Positions 27,156 through 38,245 are shown, counted from the stretch's first letter. The stretch is DNA of 64,000 nt from Bacteroides sp. (GCA_014802445.1 JAAVCF010000008.1:159792-223791), one strand, 5' to 3'. Numbers and translations are program-made. Notes: generated by a model not told the origin, from the sequence alone.

Positions 27156-29045
27156 TTATTCAAACTCAATGAGGTTCTGGTCAGTGCCAACCACTTCGTC
27201 AACATTGACGAGCAGACGCTTCACGGTGCCTGACATGTCGCTGGCGAGGTCGTTCTCCATCTTCATGGCTTCATACACCAGAACGGTCTGGCCGGCGTTC
27301 ACTTTGTCGCCGGGCTTAACCTTGAACTCAATGATGCGGCCGCCCATGGGTGCCTTCAGACAGGGACCGGTCACGGCGTCGTTAGCTGCTTCAGGAGCGG
27401 CTGCGGCTGCGGCGGCTTCCTCTTTGGGGGCGGCTGCGGTGTTAGCGGCTTTCTTGGCCTCAAACTCTTCCTGACGGCGACGACGGAGGAATCCGTTGGC
27501 AACGTTGGGGAGCAACTCCAGCAGCAGGTACTCTTCGTCGTTTGAAGCGAGCTTCACACCGCCGAATTCTTCCACTGTGGGATTCTCGGGCTTCTTGTAG
27601 GACGACACGTCATAAGCTTTCTCCACGGGGCTGCCGGTGATTTTCTCGCGGAAGGCGGGATCAACGGGCACGGGGGTCTTGCCATATTCGCCCTTTACAA
27701 GCGAGATAAACTGGTTTGAGGCGTTGGAGTAATCAGGGTTGCCTTTCTTGCGGTCAATGGCGAGGAACACGGCCTGTGAGCCCACAATCTGGCTGGTGGG
27801 GGTCACCAGGGGCACCAGACCTGCGTCACGACGAACCTTGGGAATCAGCTTCATGGCATCCTCAAGAAGGTCTTCGCTCTTGAGGGCCTTGAGCTGGGCC
27901 ACCATGTTGGAGTACATACCGCCGGGAACCTCGGCAAACTTCACGATTTCATTGGGCTTGGGGAAGCCGAAGTAGGCCTCGATGGCGTGGCAGGCAGCCA
28001 GCAGACCCTCTTCATCGTTGGCCTTGGCGCAGGCGATAGCCTTGTCAAACAGGGCGTCTACGTCAGCGGGAAGCTTGTCGTTGATGGGGTCGAAGGGCTT
28101 CTGCATGTCGTCCTTGTGGAGGTCAAAGGCGGCGAGGGTGTGGCGGGCGTCAAGGAGCTTGTCGCGAATCTGACCCACAGCTTCCATGTTCACTTCCATC
28201 TCGATGCCGAGCTTCTTACAGAAGATGTAGATGAGCTCGATTGCGGGGGCTGCGGAGCCGCCGCCGAACCACCAGATGTTGGTGTCGAGAATGTCAACGC
28301 CGTTGAGGATGGCCATCAGTGATGATGCAAGGCCGTAGCCGGGTGTACAGTGGGTGTGGAAGTCCACAGGCACATTCACGGCTTTCTTCAGGCGTGAGAT
28401 GATTGAAGCGGCGCGTGAGGGGTTAACCAGACCGGCCATATCCTTCAGTGTGATGATTTTCGCGCCGAGGGCTTCCATAGCCTTGGCTTTGTTTACGAAG
28501 TAGTCATCGGTGAAAATCTTCTCGGGCTCCGCTGCCTTCTTGCCGAGCAGACGGGCAAAGAAGCCGGGCTTGGGCTGCTCTTCGCCCTTGGGGTCCACAG
28601 TGTAGCAAACGGCACCGTCGGCAATGCCGCCGAGCTCATTGATGAGCTTGATTGACTCCTTGACGTTGTCAATATCGTTGAGTGCGTCGAAAATACGCAT
28701 CACGTTAAGACCGTTGGCAATGGCTTCCTTGTAGAAACCTTTGAGCACTGAATCGGGATAGGGTACGTAGCCGAAGAGGTTACGGCCGCGTGAGAGTGCT
28801 GAAAGCAATGACTTGCCTTTCATTGCAGCGCTGAACTTGCGGAGGCGCTCCCAGGGTGACTCGTCGAGGTAGCGCATCACTGAGTCGGGCACCGCACCAC
28901 CCCAACATTCCATAATATAGAAACCGGCGTGCTCGTAAAGAGGGAGCAGCCCGTCAATTACATTCTGGCTCAGGCGAGTGGCGAAGAGCGACTGCTGGCC
29001 GTCACGGAGAGTAAGGTCTCTGAAACGTAGCTTTTTCTGTTCCAT
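27156..29045 (-). CDS. oxaloacetate decarboxylase alpha subunit / pyruvate carboxylase subunit B type protein (carboxyltransferase domain plus biotinyl domain)
   Basis: HMGL-like carboxyltransferase N-domain (RDLTLRDGQQS), an Ala-rich linker and the C-terminal biotinylation motif EAMKMEN. Confidence 0.88.
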   Translation of the reverse strand: MEQKKLRFRDLTLRDGQQSLFATRLSQNVIDGLLPLYEHAGFYIMECWGGAVPDSVMRYLDESPWERLRKFSAAMKGKSLLSALSRGRNLFGYVPYPDSVLKGFYKEAIANGLNVMRIFDALNDIDNVKESIKLINELGGIADGAVCYTVDPKGEEQPKPGFFARLLGKKAAEPEKIFTDDYFVNKAKAMEALGAKIITLKDMAGLVNPSRAASIISRLKKAVNVPVDFHTHCTPGYGLASSLMAILNGVDILDTNIWWFGGGSAAPAIELIYIFCKKLGIEMEVNMEAVGQIRDKLLDARHTLAAFDLHKDDMQKPFDPINDKLPADVDALFDKAIACAKANDEEGLLAACHAIEAYFGFPKPNEIVKFAEVPGGMYSNMVAQLKALKSEDLLEDAMKLIPKVRRDAGLVPLVTPTSQIVGSQAVFLAIDRKKGNPDYSNASNQFISLVKGEYGKTPVPVDPAFREKITGSPVEKAYDVSSYKKPENPTVEEFGGVKLASNDEEYLLLELLPNVANGFLRRRRQEEFEAKKAANTAAAPKEEAAAAAAAPEAANDAVTGPCLKAPMGGRIIEFKVKPGDKVNAGQTVLVYEAMKMENDLASDMSGTVKRLLVNVDEVVGTDQNLIEFE

Positions 29046-29306
29046 TGCTTAGATAGTTGATTAGTTGTCGCCCTGAGGTTTGAATCCTTCCAGGCATAGG
29101 GTTACGGCGACAAAAATACGCAATTCCGAACTATTATGGAAATATTTCGATATATTTCTCAACATATCTTTACAACTACTTATCATTAGCCGTGTTAACT
29201 CCAAGAGGGCTTTCAAGGGATTGTTCAACGCCTTGATTCTCCACATTTTACATGCCGACGGTGCAATTTCAAGCAGGATGGTAGCAGTTTTTAGCGGAGT
29301 TATTAC

Positions 29307-29314
29307 TATATTTG
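29307..29314 (+). promoter_or_regulatory. -7 promoter box (TATATTTG) for dnaN
   Basis: Exact TAnnTTTG, 85 nt upstream of the dnaN ATG. A GC hairpin AGCGCCG/CGGCGCT at 29330-29351 lies in the predicted leader. Confidence 0.5.
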
Positions 29315-29399
29315 CATATTAATAAGGTAAGCGCCGCCCCGCCCCGGCGCTCTCCGCATTGAATAGCTAATCAATAAAAATCTATATAACCATCCGACG

Positions 29400-30533
29400 A
29401 TGAAATTCAACGTATCGAGCAAGGCTCTCTACTCCACCGCCTCGGCTGTGAGCAAAATCATAAACAGCAAGAACGCGCTGACAATTCTCAACAATTTCCG
29501 CCTCGAATTGCGTGGCGACATGCTCTCAATCATGGCCGGCGACGGTGAAAATTTTCTCGAAGGCCGCCTGCAGGTGTCGGACGCTTCCGGTGAGGGCACC
29601 GTTTGTGTTGACGCTCGCCGTCTCACTGACCTGCTCAAAGAGCTCCCTGACCTCGGAGTGTCAATCACCGTGGAGCCTGAGCTCAACTATGCCATGACGC
29701 TTGAATATTCCAATGGTAAGTTCAATTTCATGGGCTTTAACGGCATGGAGTTTCCTCTCCCCGAGGAGCTCAACGAGGATGCCGTGCGCTACACCTTCTC
29801 TGCCGAGAGCGCAAAGCTCATCCGTGGCATTGACAACACTGTGTTTGCCGTGGGCAATGATGAGCTCCGTCCTCAGATGATGGGTATCCTCTGGGATGTG
29901 AAGCCTGACAGCCTTATCTTCGTGGCCACTGACACTCGCAAGCTCGTAAAGTTCACTGACTCGTCAGTTCAGCCCGGTTGCGAGGGTTCGTTCATCCTGC
30001 CGCTGAAGTCAACCGTGGTGTTCAAGAACGTTTTTGCCAAGGACCAGACCGTCAAGGTCACCCTTGAGGAGAAGGGTGTGAAATTCGAAAGTGAGAATTA
30101 TGTGTTCAACTCTCGCTTCCTCAAAGGCACCTTCCCTGACTATAACCGCGTGATTCCCCAGGCCAACCCCTATGAGCTGACCGTTGACCGTGTGTCGTTC
30201 CAGAGCTCGGTGCGCCGCATCGGTGCGTTCTGCGACGCTGCCAACGGCCTTGTCCGTTTCTCCATCCGCCCCGAATCACTTGAAATGAAGGCTTCCGAGT
30301 CAACTTTCAATGCTTCGGCATGGGAGTCTGTTCCCTGTCAGTTCACCGGCGAGGGCATGGTGATTGGTTTCAGCGCCCCCTATATCAGCGAGATTCTCGG
30401 TGTCATCAACTCTGAGGAGGTCATTGTAAAGCTCTCTGACCCCTCTCGTCCCGGCGTGTTTGTCCCCGCTGAAAACAAGCCTGACACCGAACTGCTCATG
30501 CTCCTTATGCCAATGCTCGTAACCGAATTCTGA
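29400..30533 (+). CDS. dnaN: DNA polymerase III beta sliding clamp
   Basis: 377 aa with three-domain clamp architecture and a typical N-terminus MKFNVSSKAL. Confidence 0.93.
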   Translation: MKFNVSSKALYSTASAVSKIINSKNALTILNNFRLELRGDMLSIMAGDGENFLEGRLQVSDASGEGTVCVDARRLTDLLKELPDLGVSITVEPELNYAMTLEYSNGKFNFMGFNGMEFPLPEELNEDAVRYTFSAESAKLIRGIDNTVFAVGNDELRPQMMGILWDVKPDSLIFVATDTRKLVKFTDSSVQPGCEGSFILPLKSTVVFKNVFAKDQTVKVTLEEKGVKFESENYVFNSRFLKGTFPDYNRVIPQANPYELTVDRVSFQSSVRRIGAFCDAANGLVRFSIRPESLEMKASESTFNASAWESVPCQFTGEGMVIGFSAPYISEILGVINSEEVIVKLSDPSRPGVFVPAENKPDTELLMLLMPMLVTEF

Positions 30534-31297
30534 TGCAACTGAATCTTAAAAAGCCGATTATCTTCTTTGACCTGGAGACCACCGGCACCAATGTCACCAA
30601 CGACCGCATAGTTGAGATTTCACTCATAAAAATCACTCCTGACGGTCAGGAGTTGGAGCGCACACGCCGCATCAACCCTGAGATGCCCATCCCCGCCGAG
30701 GCTACTGCAGTGCACCATATCACCGATGCCGACGTGGCCAATGAGCCCACATTCAAACAGATTGCCCGCTCGCTGGCCGACCTGTTCACCGGATGTGACA
30801 TCGCCGGGTTCAACTCCAATCGCTTTGACATCCCGGTGCTTGACCAGGAGTTTCGCCGCGCCGGAATCTCGTTTGACTTCTCACGCGCGCGCTTCATCGA
30901 CGTCCAGACCATCTTTCACAAGAAGGAGCAGCGCACTCTCGTTGCCGCTTACAAGTTCTATTGCGGCAAGGATCTTGACGAGGCTCACTCGGCCAACGCC
31001 GACACCCGCGCCACCTATGAGGTGCTGAAGGCTCAGCTTGACCGTTATGCCGACCTCCCCAACGACATTGACGCCCTGAGCGATTTCTCGTCGCAGAATC
31101 GCAATGTTGACCTGATGGGTCGCCTTATCTATGATGACCAGAATCGCGAGGTTATCAATTTCGGCAAGTACAAAGGGCGCCTGGCCGAGGAGGTGATGCG
31201 CAACGATTCGGGCTATTACAGCTGGATTCTGCAGGGCGATTTCCCGCAGAACACCAAGGACTGCTTCACCCGCATCAAGCTGCGCGCCAAGAAATGA
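30533..31297 (+). CDS. DEDDh 3'-5' exonuclease (DnaQ/epsilon-like)
   Basis: Exo I motif FFDLETTG, Exo II GFNSNRFD and Exo III HSANADTRAT. The start overlaps the dnaN stop (TGATG). Confidence 0.85.
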   Translation: MQLNLKKPIIFFDLETTGTNVTNDRIVEISLIKITPDGQELERTRRINPEMPIPAEATAVHHITDADVANEPTFKQIARSLADLFTGCDIAGFNSNRFDIPVLDQEFRRAGISFDFSRARFIDVQTIFHKKEQRTLVAAYKFYCGKDLDEAHSANADTRATYEVLKAQLDRYADLPNDIDALSDFSSQNRNVDLMGRLIYDDQNREVINFGKYKGRLAEEVMRNDSGYYSWILQGDFPQNTKDCFTRIKLRAKK

Positions 31298-31353
31298 TTC
31301 TCGGCTTGCGTTTATATTTACGTTTTCTCTGAACCCCTTCATCATCCTTTGCA

Positions 31354-32553
31354 ATGCTTAAAGGGAAGCACATTATCCTCGGCATCACCGGGGGCATAGC
31401 GGCCTACAAGAGCGTCACTCTGCTGCGTCTGCTGGTCAAGGCCGGCGCCGAAGTACAGGTGGTCATCACCCCTTCCGGCAAAGAGTTTATCACCCCGGTC
31501 ACCCTCTCGGCGCTGAGCGGTAAGCCGGTGGTGAGCGAATTTTTCACAGCCAACACCGGCGAGTGGCACAGCCACGTTGACCTCGGTCTCTGGGCCGACG
31601 CTATGGTCATAGCCCCGGCCACAGCCTCCACCATAGGCAAGATGGCCAACGGCATCGCCGACAATATGCTCGTCACCACTTACCTATCGGCCAAGGCTCC
31701 TGTGTTTGTGGCTCCGGCAATGGACCTCGACATGATGGCCCACCCCTCCACTCTGCGCAACATCGAAGCGCTCCGCTCTTACGGCAACCACATTATAGAG
31801 CCTGCCGCCGGCGAGCTCGCCAGCAAGCTCGTGGGCAAGGGGCGCATGGAGGAGCCTGAGCGTATAGCCGAGATTCTCTCGGAGTTCTTCGCCAGCCGTG
31901 AGTCACTAAAAGGTAAAAAGATTCTAATAACGGCCGGTCCCACACACGAAAAGATTGACCCCGTGCGTTTCATTGGCAACTACTCATCAGGCAAAATGGG
32001 TTATGCCCTGGCCGAGGAGGCTGCCGCGCGCGGTGCCGATGTGGCGCTCGTGAGCGGCCCCGTCGACGTTAAGGCCATCAATCCCCGCATCAGGGTTATA
32101 GAGGTGGAGAGTGCTCTTGAAATGCTCGATGCCTGCCTCGCGGAGTTTCCCGCTGCGGATGCGGCCATCATGTGTGCCGCCGTGGCCGACTATCGCCCCG
32201 CCGAACGCGCTGACTCCAAAATCAAGCGTGAGGGATGCAGCGATGTGGAGCTGCGCCTTGTGGCCAATCCTGACATTGCCGCCACTCTCGGAAAGGCCAA
32301 GCGTCCTGACCAGAAGATTGCCGGTTTCGCTCTTGAAACTGACAATGAAGCGGCAAATGCCCGGAGCAAGCTCGAGCGCAAGAATCTCGACATGATTGTG
32401 CTCAACTCGCTCCGCGATGCCGGGGCCGGTTTCCGCACCGACACCAATAAGGTCACCATCATCTCGCGTTCAGGCTCCGTCCGCGAGTTCCCGCTCAAGC
32501 CCAAGTCTGAAGTAGCCGCTGATATTCTTGACTCTTTATTCTCCCCGGAATGA
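31354..32553 (+). CDS. coaBC: bifunctional phosphopantothenoylcysteine decarboxylase / phosphopantothenate-cysteine ligase
   Basis: GITGGIAAYK flavoprotein motif and the C-terminal CoaB domain (GNYSSGKMG). Confidence 0.95.
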   Translation: MLKGKHIILGITGGIAAYKSVTLLRLLVKAGAEVQVVITPSGKEFITPVTLSALSGKPVVSEFFTANTGEWHSHVDLGLWADAMVIAPATASTIGKMANGIADNMLVTTYLSAKAPVFVAPAMDLDMMAHPSTLRNIEALRSYGNHIIEPAAGELASKLVGKGRMEEPERIAEILSEFFASRESLKGKKILITAGPTHEKIDPVRFIGNYSSGKMGYALAEEAAARGADVALVSGPVDVKAINPRIRVIEVESALEMLDACLAEFPAADAAIMCAAVADYRPAERADSKIKREGCSDVELRLVANPDIAATLGKAKRPDQKIAGFALETDNEAANARSKLERKNLDMIVLNSLRDAGAGFRTDTNKVTIISRSGSVREFPLKPKSEVAADILDSLFSPE

Positions 32554-33455
32554 AACGACTGCTTTTTCTCCTCATAGCCGCATCGGCGCTCCTGCAGCTC
32601 AAAGCTCAGGAGCTTAACTGCACCGTCGAGGTCAACTCCTCGCAGGTGAGCGGCACCAACAATTCATCGGTGTTCAACACTCTTCAGGAGGCCATCCGTG
32701 ACTACATGAACACCACGAAGTTCAGCAACGCCCAGTTCTCCCCTATGGAGAAGGTGGAGTGTAAGCTCTTCTTCACCGTCAAGGACTACACTGATAATGT
32801 GGTCACCGGCGACCTTCAGGTGCAGTCCACCCGGCCGGTCTACAACAGCTCCTACACCACCACTCTCCTCAACTTCAAGGACTCGAAGATTGACTTCTCC
32901 TATCAGGAGGGTGACCAGCTCCAGTTTTCCGAGATGACAATGGAGAGCCAGCTCACCGCCATCCTCAACTTCTACGCCTACCTGATTCTGGCCGTTGACT
33001 TCGACAGTTTCTCGCCTCGCGGCGGCAACCCCTTCTACGAACGTCTGGAGCAGATTGTCCAGATGGCGCAGTCATCAGGCGAAACGGGCTGGCGCGCGTT
33101 TGAGGACAACAAGAATCGCGCGGCCGTGCTGGCGGCATTCACCGACCCCTCCACGCAGCAGCTCCGTGACCTCTACTATGACTACCATCTTCAGGGCCTC
33201 GACCAGATGTCGCTCAGCCCCGACAAGGGACGTTCCAAAATCACCTCCACGATGGACATTCTGAAGAACATTTATAATGTGTCGCCCATGTCGGTTGGCC
33301 TCTCCATTTTCCGTGACGCCAAGCTTGATGAACTGGTCAATATCTACACCAAAGGCTCACAGGAGGAGCGCGACCGCGTGGTTGAGATTCTCTCCTCGCT
33401 CTATCCCACCGATCAGGACCGTATTCGCCTTATCAAAGAGGGCACAAACAAGTAA
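32550..33455 (+). CDS. DUF4835-family secreted protein (PorD-like T9SS-associated; name from memory)
   Basis: Signal peptide. Conserved position between coaBC and recN in Bacteroidetes. ATGA start/stop overlap with coaBC. Confidence 0.6.
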   Translation: MKRLLFLLIAASALLQLKAQELNCTVEVNSSQVSGTNNSSVFNTLQEAIRDYMNTTKFSNAQFSPMEKVECKLFFTVKDYTDNVVTGDLQVQSTRPVYNSSYTTTLLNFKDSKIDFSYQEGDQLQFSEMTMESQLTAILNFYAYLILAVDFDSFSPRGGNPFYERLEQIVQMAQSSGETGWRAFEDNKNRAAVLAAFTDPSTQQLRDLYYDYHLQGLDQMSLSPDKGRSKITSTMDILKNIYNVSPMSVGLSIFRDAKLDELVNIYTKGSQEERDRVVEILSSLYPTDQDRIRLIKEGTNK

Positions 33456-33458
33456 CCT

Positions 33459-35120
33459 ATGCTTGAATCGCTTCACATATCCAACTATGCGCTGATTGAT
33501 GAGGTCAACATTGACTTCGGCAGCGGCCTCAACATCATCACAGGCGAAACCGGCGCGGGCAAGTCGATAATGCTCGGCGCCCTGTCGCTCATTCTCGGGG
33601 GCAGAGCCGACTCGCGCGCAGTCACCGACCCCTCACGCAAGTCAGTGATAGAGGCCACTTTCCGCATCGGCAATTACCCCGCGCTGAAGCGCTACTGTGA
33701 CGACAACGACATTGAGTGGGACGACACCCGCTGCATTCTGCGCCGCGAAATCAACGCATCCACCGGCCGCTCACGCGCGTTTGTCAATGACTCTCCGGTG
33801 CCGCTGGCCAAGCTCAGCGGGGTGGCCATGCTGCTGATTGACATTCACTCTCAGCACCAGAACCAGCTTCTGGCGCGCCCCGAATTTCAGCTGCAGATTA
33901 TTGACTCGCTGGCTGACAACGCGTCGCTGCTGCGCGAGCACTCCAAGCGCTACCACGCCTTCCGCGAGGCTGTGCGCCGCATGAAGGCGGCCCAGGCCGC
34001 TCTGACCAAGGCGCGTGACGACGAGGAGTACATGCGCTTCCAGCTTGAACAGCTCGACGAGCTTGACCTGTCCGAGGGCGAGCAGGAGGAACTGGAGCGC
34101 GAGCGCGATGTGCTGTCAAACCTCTCCACCCTCAAGCACCACCTATCCGAGGCCATCTCGGCTCTTGACAATGAGGAGGGGGGCGCGCTTGATTCGCTTC
34201 GCACCGCCTCCGACGCCCTCGATGAATGTGAATCACTCTTCGAGACAACCGACAATTTCGCCGAACGCCTTGAGAACGCATCAATTGAGCTGTCGGACAT
34301 CCTTGACACCCTGCAGCGCGTTGACTCATCGCTGCATGCCGACCCCGGCCGCCTCGAAGCCGTGGAGCAGCGTCTCGGCGCCATCTATTCGCTTCAACAC
34401 AAGCACCACGTTGCCTCCGTGGAGGAGCTCATCACCCTGCGGGAATCACTCGCGGCCAAGCTCGCCGCCCTCGACAACAGCGACGACACACTGCGCCGCC
34501 TCGCCACCGAGGCACGCCGCCTACAGGCACTTGCCAAGGAGACGGCCGCCGAGATAACCGCACGCCGCAAAGTGGCAGCCGAAGGCTTCGCACGCGAGCT
34601 CACCGCCACAGCCTCACCTCTGGGCATGAAGAACCTCCATGTTGACATCCGCGTGGAGCCGGCTGACCTCTCCTCCACCGGTGCCGACAAGGTAGACTTC
34701 CTCTTTGCCTTCAACAAGAATCAGCAGCCCATCTCAGTGGCCTCCGGAGCCTCCGGCGGCGAGATTTCGCGCCTGATGCTCTCCATAAAGACCATCATAG
34801 CCTCACGCATAGAGCTGCCCTCAATCATCTTTGACGAGATTGACACAGGAGTGTCAGGCGACGTGGCCCACCGTATGGGCGACATGATGCGCCGCATCTC
34901 CTCCTCGATTCAGGTTATAGCCATCACCCACCTTCCCGCCGTGGCCGCCAAAGGCGCCCACCACTACAAGGTCTACAAGCAGGACACCGACACCGCCACC
35001 CACACCCACATCCGCCTCCTCGGCTCGGAGGAGCGCGTGGCAGAGATAGCGCTCATGCTCTCCGGCAACGCCAATGACGAGACAGCGCTGGCCAACGCGC
35101 GCTCCCTCATGCAGAAATAA
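33459..35120 (+). CDS. recN: DNA repair protein RecN
   Basis: Walker A GETGAGKS, a long coiled coil, and C-terminal signature/Walker B (GASGGEISR, IIFDEIDTG). Confidence 0.93.
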   Translation: MLESLHISNYALIDEVNIDFGSGLNIITGETGAGKSIMLGALSLILGGRADSRAVTDPSRKSVIEATFRIGNYPALKRYCDDNDIEWDDTRCILRREINASTGRSRAFVNDSPVPLAKLSGVAMLLIDIHSQHQNQLLARPEFQLQIIDSLADNASLLREHSKRYHAFREAVRRMKAAQAALTKARDDEEYMRFQLEQLDELDLSEGEQEELERERDVLSNLSTLKHHLSEAISALDNEEGGALDSLRTASDALDECESLFETTDNFAERLENASIELSDILDTLQRVDSSLHADPGRLEAVEQRLGAIYSLQHKHHVASVEELITLRESLAAKLAALDNSDDTLRRLATEARRLQALAKETAAEITARRKVAAEGFARELTATASPLGMKNLHVDIRVEPADLSSTGADKVDFLFAFNKNQQPISVASGASGGEISRLMLSIKTIIASRIELPSIIFDEIDTGVSGDVAHRMGDMMRRISSSIQVIAITHLPAVAAKGAHHYKVYKQDTDTATHTHIRLLGSEERVAEIALMLSGNANDETALANARSLMQK

Positions 35121-35144
35121 CCCCGCTAACCACCACCCAAGAAT

Positions 35145-35900
35145 ATGGAACGTTCCGACTATATTTATGGCCTTCGTGCCATCATTGAGGCCATTGAGGC
35201 CGGTAAAGAAATCGACAAGATTTTCCTTGCGAAAGACCTCCACGGCGACCTCGCTCAGGAGCTCATAGACAAAGCGCGAAAAGCCCGCATAGTGATGCAG
35301 CGTGTGCCCCCCGAACGCATCAACCGCGTAACCCGCAAGAACCATCAGGGCGCTCTGGCGATGCTCTCGGCCATCACCTACCACAATCTCGGACACCTTC
35401 TGCCCGAGCTCTATGAGGCCGGGCTGCTCCCCTTTGTGGTGGTGCTCGACGGCATCACTGACGTGAGAAACTTCGGCGCCATAGCGCGCACCGCGGAGTG
35501 TGCCGGCGTTGATGCCCTCATCATCCCCGAGCACGGCAGTGTGAGCGTGGGCGGCGACGCCATCAAGACCTCAGCCGGCGCGCTCCACCACATCCCCGTG
35601 TGTCGCGAACGCTCCACACTCTCCGCCGTCCGCTTCCTCAAGGACAACGGTTACAAGATTGTAGGCGTGAGCGAGAAAGCCGACATAAACTACACCATGA
35701 CCTCCTACACTGACCCTGTGGCCCTCGTGATGGGCGCCGAGGACACCGGCATCTCTCCCGAGGTCCTCAAGCAGTGCGATGTCCTGGTTTCCATCCCCAT
35801 GTTCGGCCGCATAGGTTCCCTCAACGTATCGGTGGCCTCCGGCATAGCCATGTATGAGGTGGTGCGCCAGCGTCTGGCCGCCAACCTCGAAGTCATCTGA
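35145..35900 (+). CDS. rlmB: SpoU/TrmH-family 23S rRNA 2'-O-methyltransferase (RlmB-like)
   Basis: N-terminal substrate-binding domain plus SpoU motifs (NFGAIARTA, GAEDTGIS, GSLNVSVA). Confidence 0.88.
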   Translation: MERSDYIYGLRAIIEAIEAGKEIDKIFLAKDLHGDLAQELIDKARKARIVMQRVPPERINRVTRKNHQGALAMLSAITYHNLGHLLPELYEAGLLPFVVVLDGITDVRNFGAIARTAECAGVDALIIPEHGSVSVGGDAIKTSAGALHHIPVCRERSTLSAVRFLKDNGYKIVGVSEKADINYTMTSYTDPVALVMGAEDTGISPEVLKQCDVLVSIPMFGRIGSLNVSVASGIAMYEVVRQRLAANLEVI

Positions 35901-35923
35901 CCCATCCCCACCTATAAATATAT

Positions 35924-35956
35924 AGCAGAGGCCGCCCCCCCCGAGCGGCCTCTGCT
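35924..35956 (+). terminator. terminator hairpin after rlmB
   Basis: 12-bp stem AGCAGAGGCCGC/GCGGCCTCTGCT followed by GTCTTT, a weak U-tract. Confidence 0.55.
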
Positions 35957-36056
35957 GTCTTTACCCTCTCCCGCCACACATCACCATCATCGGGCCACTC
36001 GTCACAAAAATTCTCTCCGAGCTAAGAGACACGGCTAATTTTAGCCCAAAATCTCC

Positions 36057-38204
36057 ATGCTCATGAAACGTCATAAACATCCGCTGCTCATTCTTGCACT
36101 ATCCCTCTGCCGAGTCTCTACAGCCGCTTCTCCCACGGCTGATTCCGACACCGTAGCCCCTACGTCATTAAGCGAAGTCACGATTGAGGCCCGACGTCAG
36201 TCGTCATTTGTCAAGCCCGATAATGTAAGCTTCATCCCCTCGGCAATGGTGACAGGCAACAACGGGAATGTTTACGACGCCTTACGTTCCATTCCGGAGA
36301 TTACGGTACGCTCCGACGGCGAGATTGAACTGAACGGCACTTCAAAGCTCACGGTCTATTTGGATAATCGCAAATTCATCCTGCAGGGTACAGAATTGTT
36401 AAATTACCTTAAATCAACACCTGTCTCCAACATTGCAAAGATAGAGATAAGCTACGTTACCGGAGCCCGAGCTGACGGACAGGACAGCCCCACCATCCTC
36501 AATCTAACGCGGAAAAGAGAGAAATCATCAGGCTATTCCGCAGGAATAAACATGGACGGCCAAATCTATAAGGCTCGCCAATTCTACGGCGCCGCCTACG
36601 GCCAATACAACACTATCAGTCACAGCATTAACGGAAGCTATTCCACCTATTTCGCACACAATCCGTCGGAGCTGCTGACTAACCGTCCCTATCTCAAAAG
36701 TGATGAAAGACTCACCCAGAAGTATCATCGCCTGAGAAAGGACAGGATGCATCATGCCGAGCTGACCTATGACTATCATCCGACATCCAGACTATCCGCA
36801 GGAACCGCACTTCACTACAACTATTTCAACCGAAAAGAACCGGCTGTCATGGAAACCTCCGTACCCCTCAATGACGCGCCCACAATCACCCGAAATAACG
36901 CTCTTTTCCGCACCAGCAACATCTATGGAGAGGTTTATGTGAGACGTTCTTCGGACTCAAAAGAGAGCGACTGGACCGCCGCATGCGATTTCTTTTCCCA
37001 TAAAAGCACCGAGAGGCAATTTATGGAGGACAACCGATTGGAAACCGTAAAGGGCAATATGACAGGGACAACATTCGGGATTGTAGCATCATTTGAATTT
37101 AACAAAGCCATCTCCCACCACTGGTCACTATCATCAGGAGCACGATGCTCCTATGTGGGGTTGACAAGCTCCGGAATATACTCCTCCACCGACGGGGAGA
37201 TAGGCGGCCTTGGCTCATCATTCGCGTACAAAGAAAACGTCAACGCTCTGTACCTCGAAACAAAGACAAGCTACGGACCAATACGCGCCACCGCAGGATT
37301 GAGAGCGGAACAAAGCAACCACAGCAACAGATTTTCGGGAAATGAGAGTGCAGCACAAAGCTCCGTTTTCACGCATTATATCCACTTTTATCCCTCAATG
37401 TCAGTGATGCTCAACGCCGCCGGCTCATGGTCACTCTCCTACACCGCAAGAGTGAAACGTCCCGGTTTTTCCGATCTGGACCCGTTCATACACATTTTTG
37501 ACGACATCACACACGTGGGCGGCAACATCAACCTCAAAGAATCGACGAACCATTCACTTAACCTTGCATGGTCAGACAACAGCCGGATCCGAATAGCGCT
37601 CTCGGCCGAATACACAGCAGATGAAATGGTGAAATGCTACAGAGAGCTGACTGACAAAATAGTTTACGTGTGCCCCGAGAATCTGCCCCGGCACATAACT
37701 GTGGGTCTATCGGCATCAACCACAGACATAAGCATTATGTCAGCGTGGCATCTCTCAGCTTCAGGGAATCTCATCTACTCCCGCTACAGCTTCCCTGAGT
37801 CAATGTCACTGTCACCAAACGTGTTGCTCTCACCCCTGCTTGACCTGACGAATATTGTCAGCCTGCCGGCAGGGATAACAGCAGAGTTGAAGCTATCTTA
37901 TCGTGCGCCGATTGTCTACGGGCAGGTCAAGACGTCATCCCTTTTTCTCAGCAATCTAAGCATAGGGAAGAGACTCCTGAACAACCGACTAGCGCTTTCG
38001 CTTTATGTGAACGACATCTTCAACACCAACCACACAAAATCAACCATTTATCTAAACGGACGAGAAGCCTACCTTTACGAAAAAGAATTTGAGGATATGA
38101 GGAAAGCGGGCCTGTCAGTGGCTTTTACTTTCAGCGGAGGGACAAAAGCATCACACGACACACGCGACACTTGGATAGACGAATTGAATCGCGTAAATTT
38201 GTAA
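36057..38204 (+). CDS. outer-membrane beta-barrel protein with plug-like N-domain (same broad family as 20553-22613)
   Basis: Signal peptide, plug-like region (EVTIEARR...NIAKIEISYV) and a long beta-barrel region. GC3 is visibly lower than in flanking genes. Confidence 0.75.
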   Translation: MLMKRHKHPLLILALSLCRVSTAASPTADSDTVAPTSLSEVTIEARRQSSFVKPDNVSFIPSAMVTGNNGNVYDALRSIPEITVRSDGEIELNGTSKLTVYLDNRKFILQGTELLNYLKSTPVSNIAKIEISYVTGARADGQDSPTILNLTRKREKSSGYSAGINMDGQIYKARQFYGAAYGQYNTISHSINGSYSTYFAHNPSELLTNRPYLKSDERLTQKYHRLRKDRMHHAELTYDYHPTSRLSAGTALHYNYFNRKEPAVMETSVPLNDAPTITRNNALFRTSNIYGEVYVRRSSDSKESDWTAACDFFSHKSTERQFMEDNRLETVKGNMTGTTFGIVASFEFNKAISHHWSLSSGARCSYVGLTSSGIYSSTDGEIGGLGSSFAYKENVNALYLETKTSYGPIRATAGLRAEQSNHSNRFSGNESAAQSSVFTHYIHFYPSMSVMLNAAGSWSLSYTARVKRPGFSDLDPFIHIFDDITHVGGNINLKESTNHSLNLAWSDNSRIRIALSAEYTADEMVKCYRELTDKIVYVCPENLPRHITVGLSASTTDISIMSAWHLSASGNLIYSRYSFPESMSLSPNVLLSPLLDLTNIVSLPAGITAELKLSYRAPIVYGQVKTSSLFLSNLSIGKRLLNNRLALSLYVNDIFNTNHTKSTIYLNGREAYLYEKEFEDMRKAGLSVAFTFSGGTKASHDTRDTWIDELNRVNL

Positions 38205-38245
38205 TAGCAACCACTGTAACATCACTCCCCCTTGAATTTGTCGCA

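Noticed and set aside
29046-29399. Replication origin or DnaA-box cluster upstream of dnaN.
   Set aside because: Only one 8-of-9 match to TTATCCACA was seen (TTCTCCACA near 29237-29245). There is no dnaA gene adjacent and no AT-rich 13-mer array. The region is adequately explained by divergent promoters.
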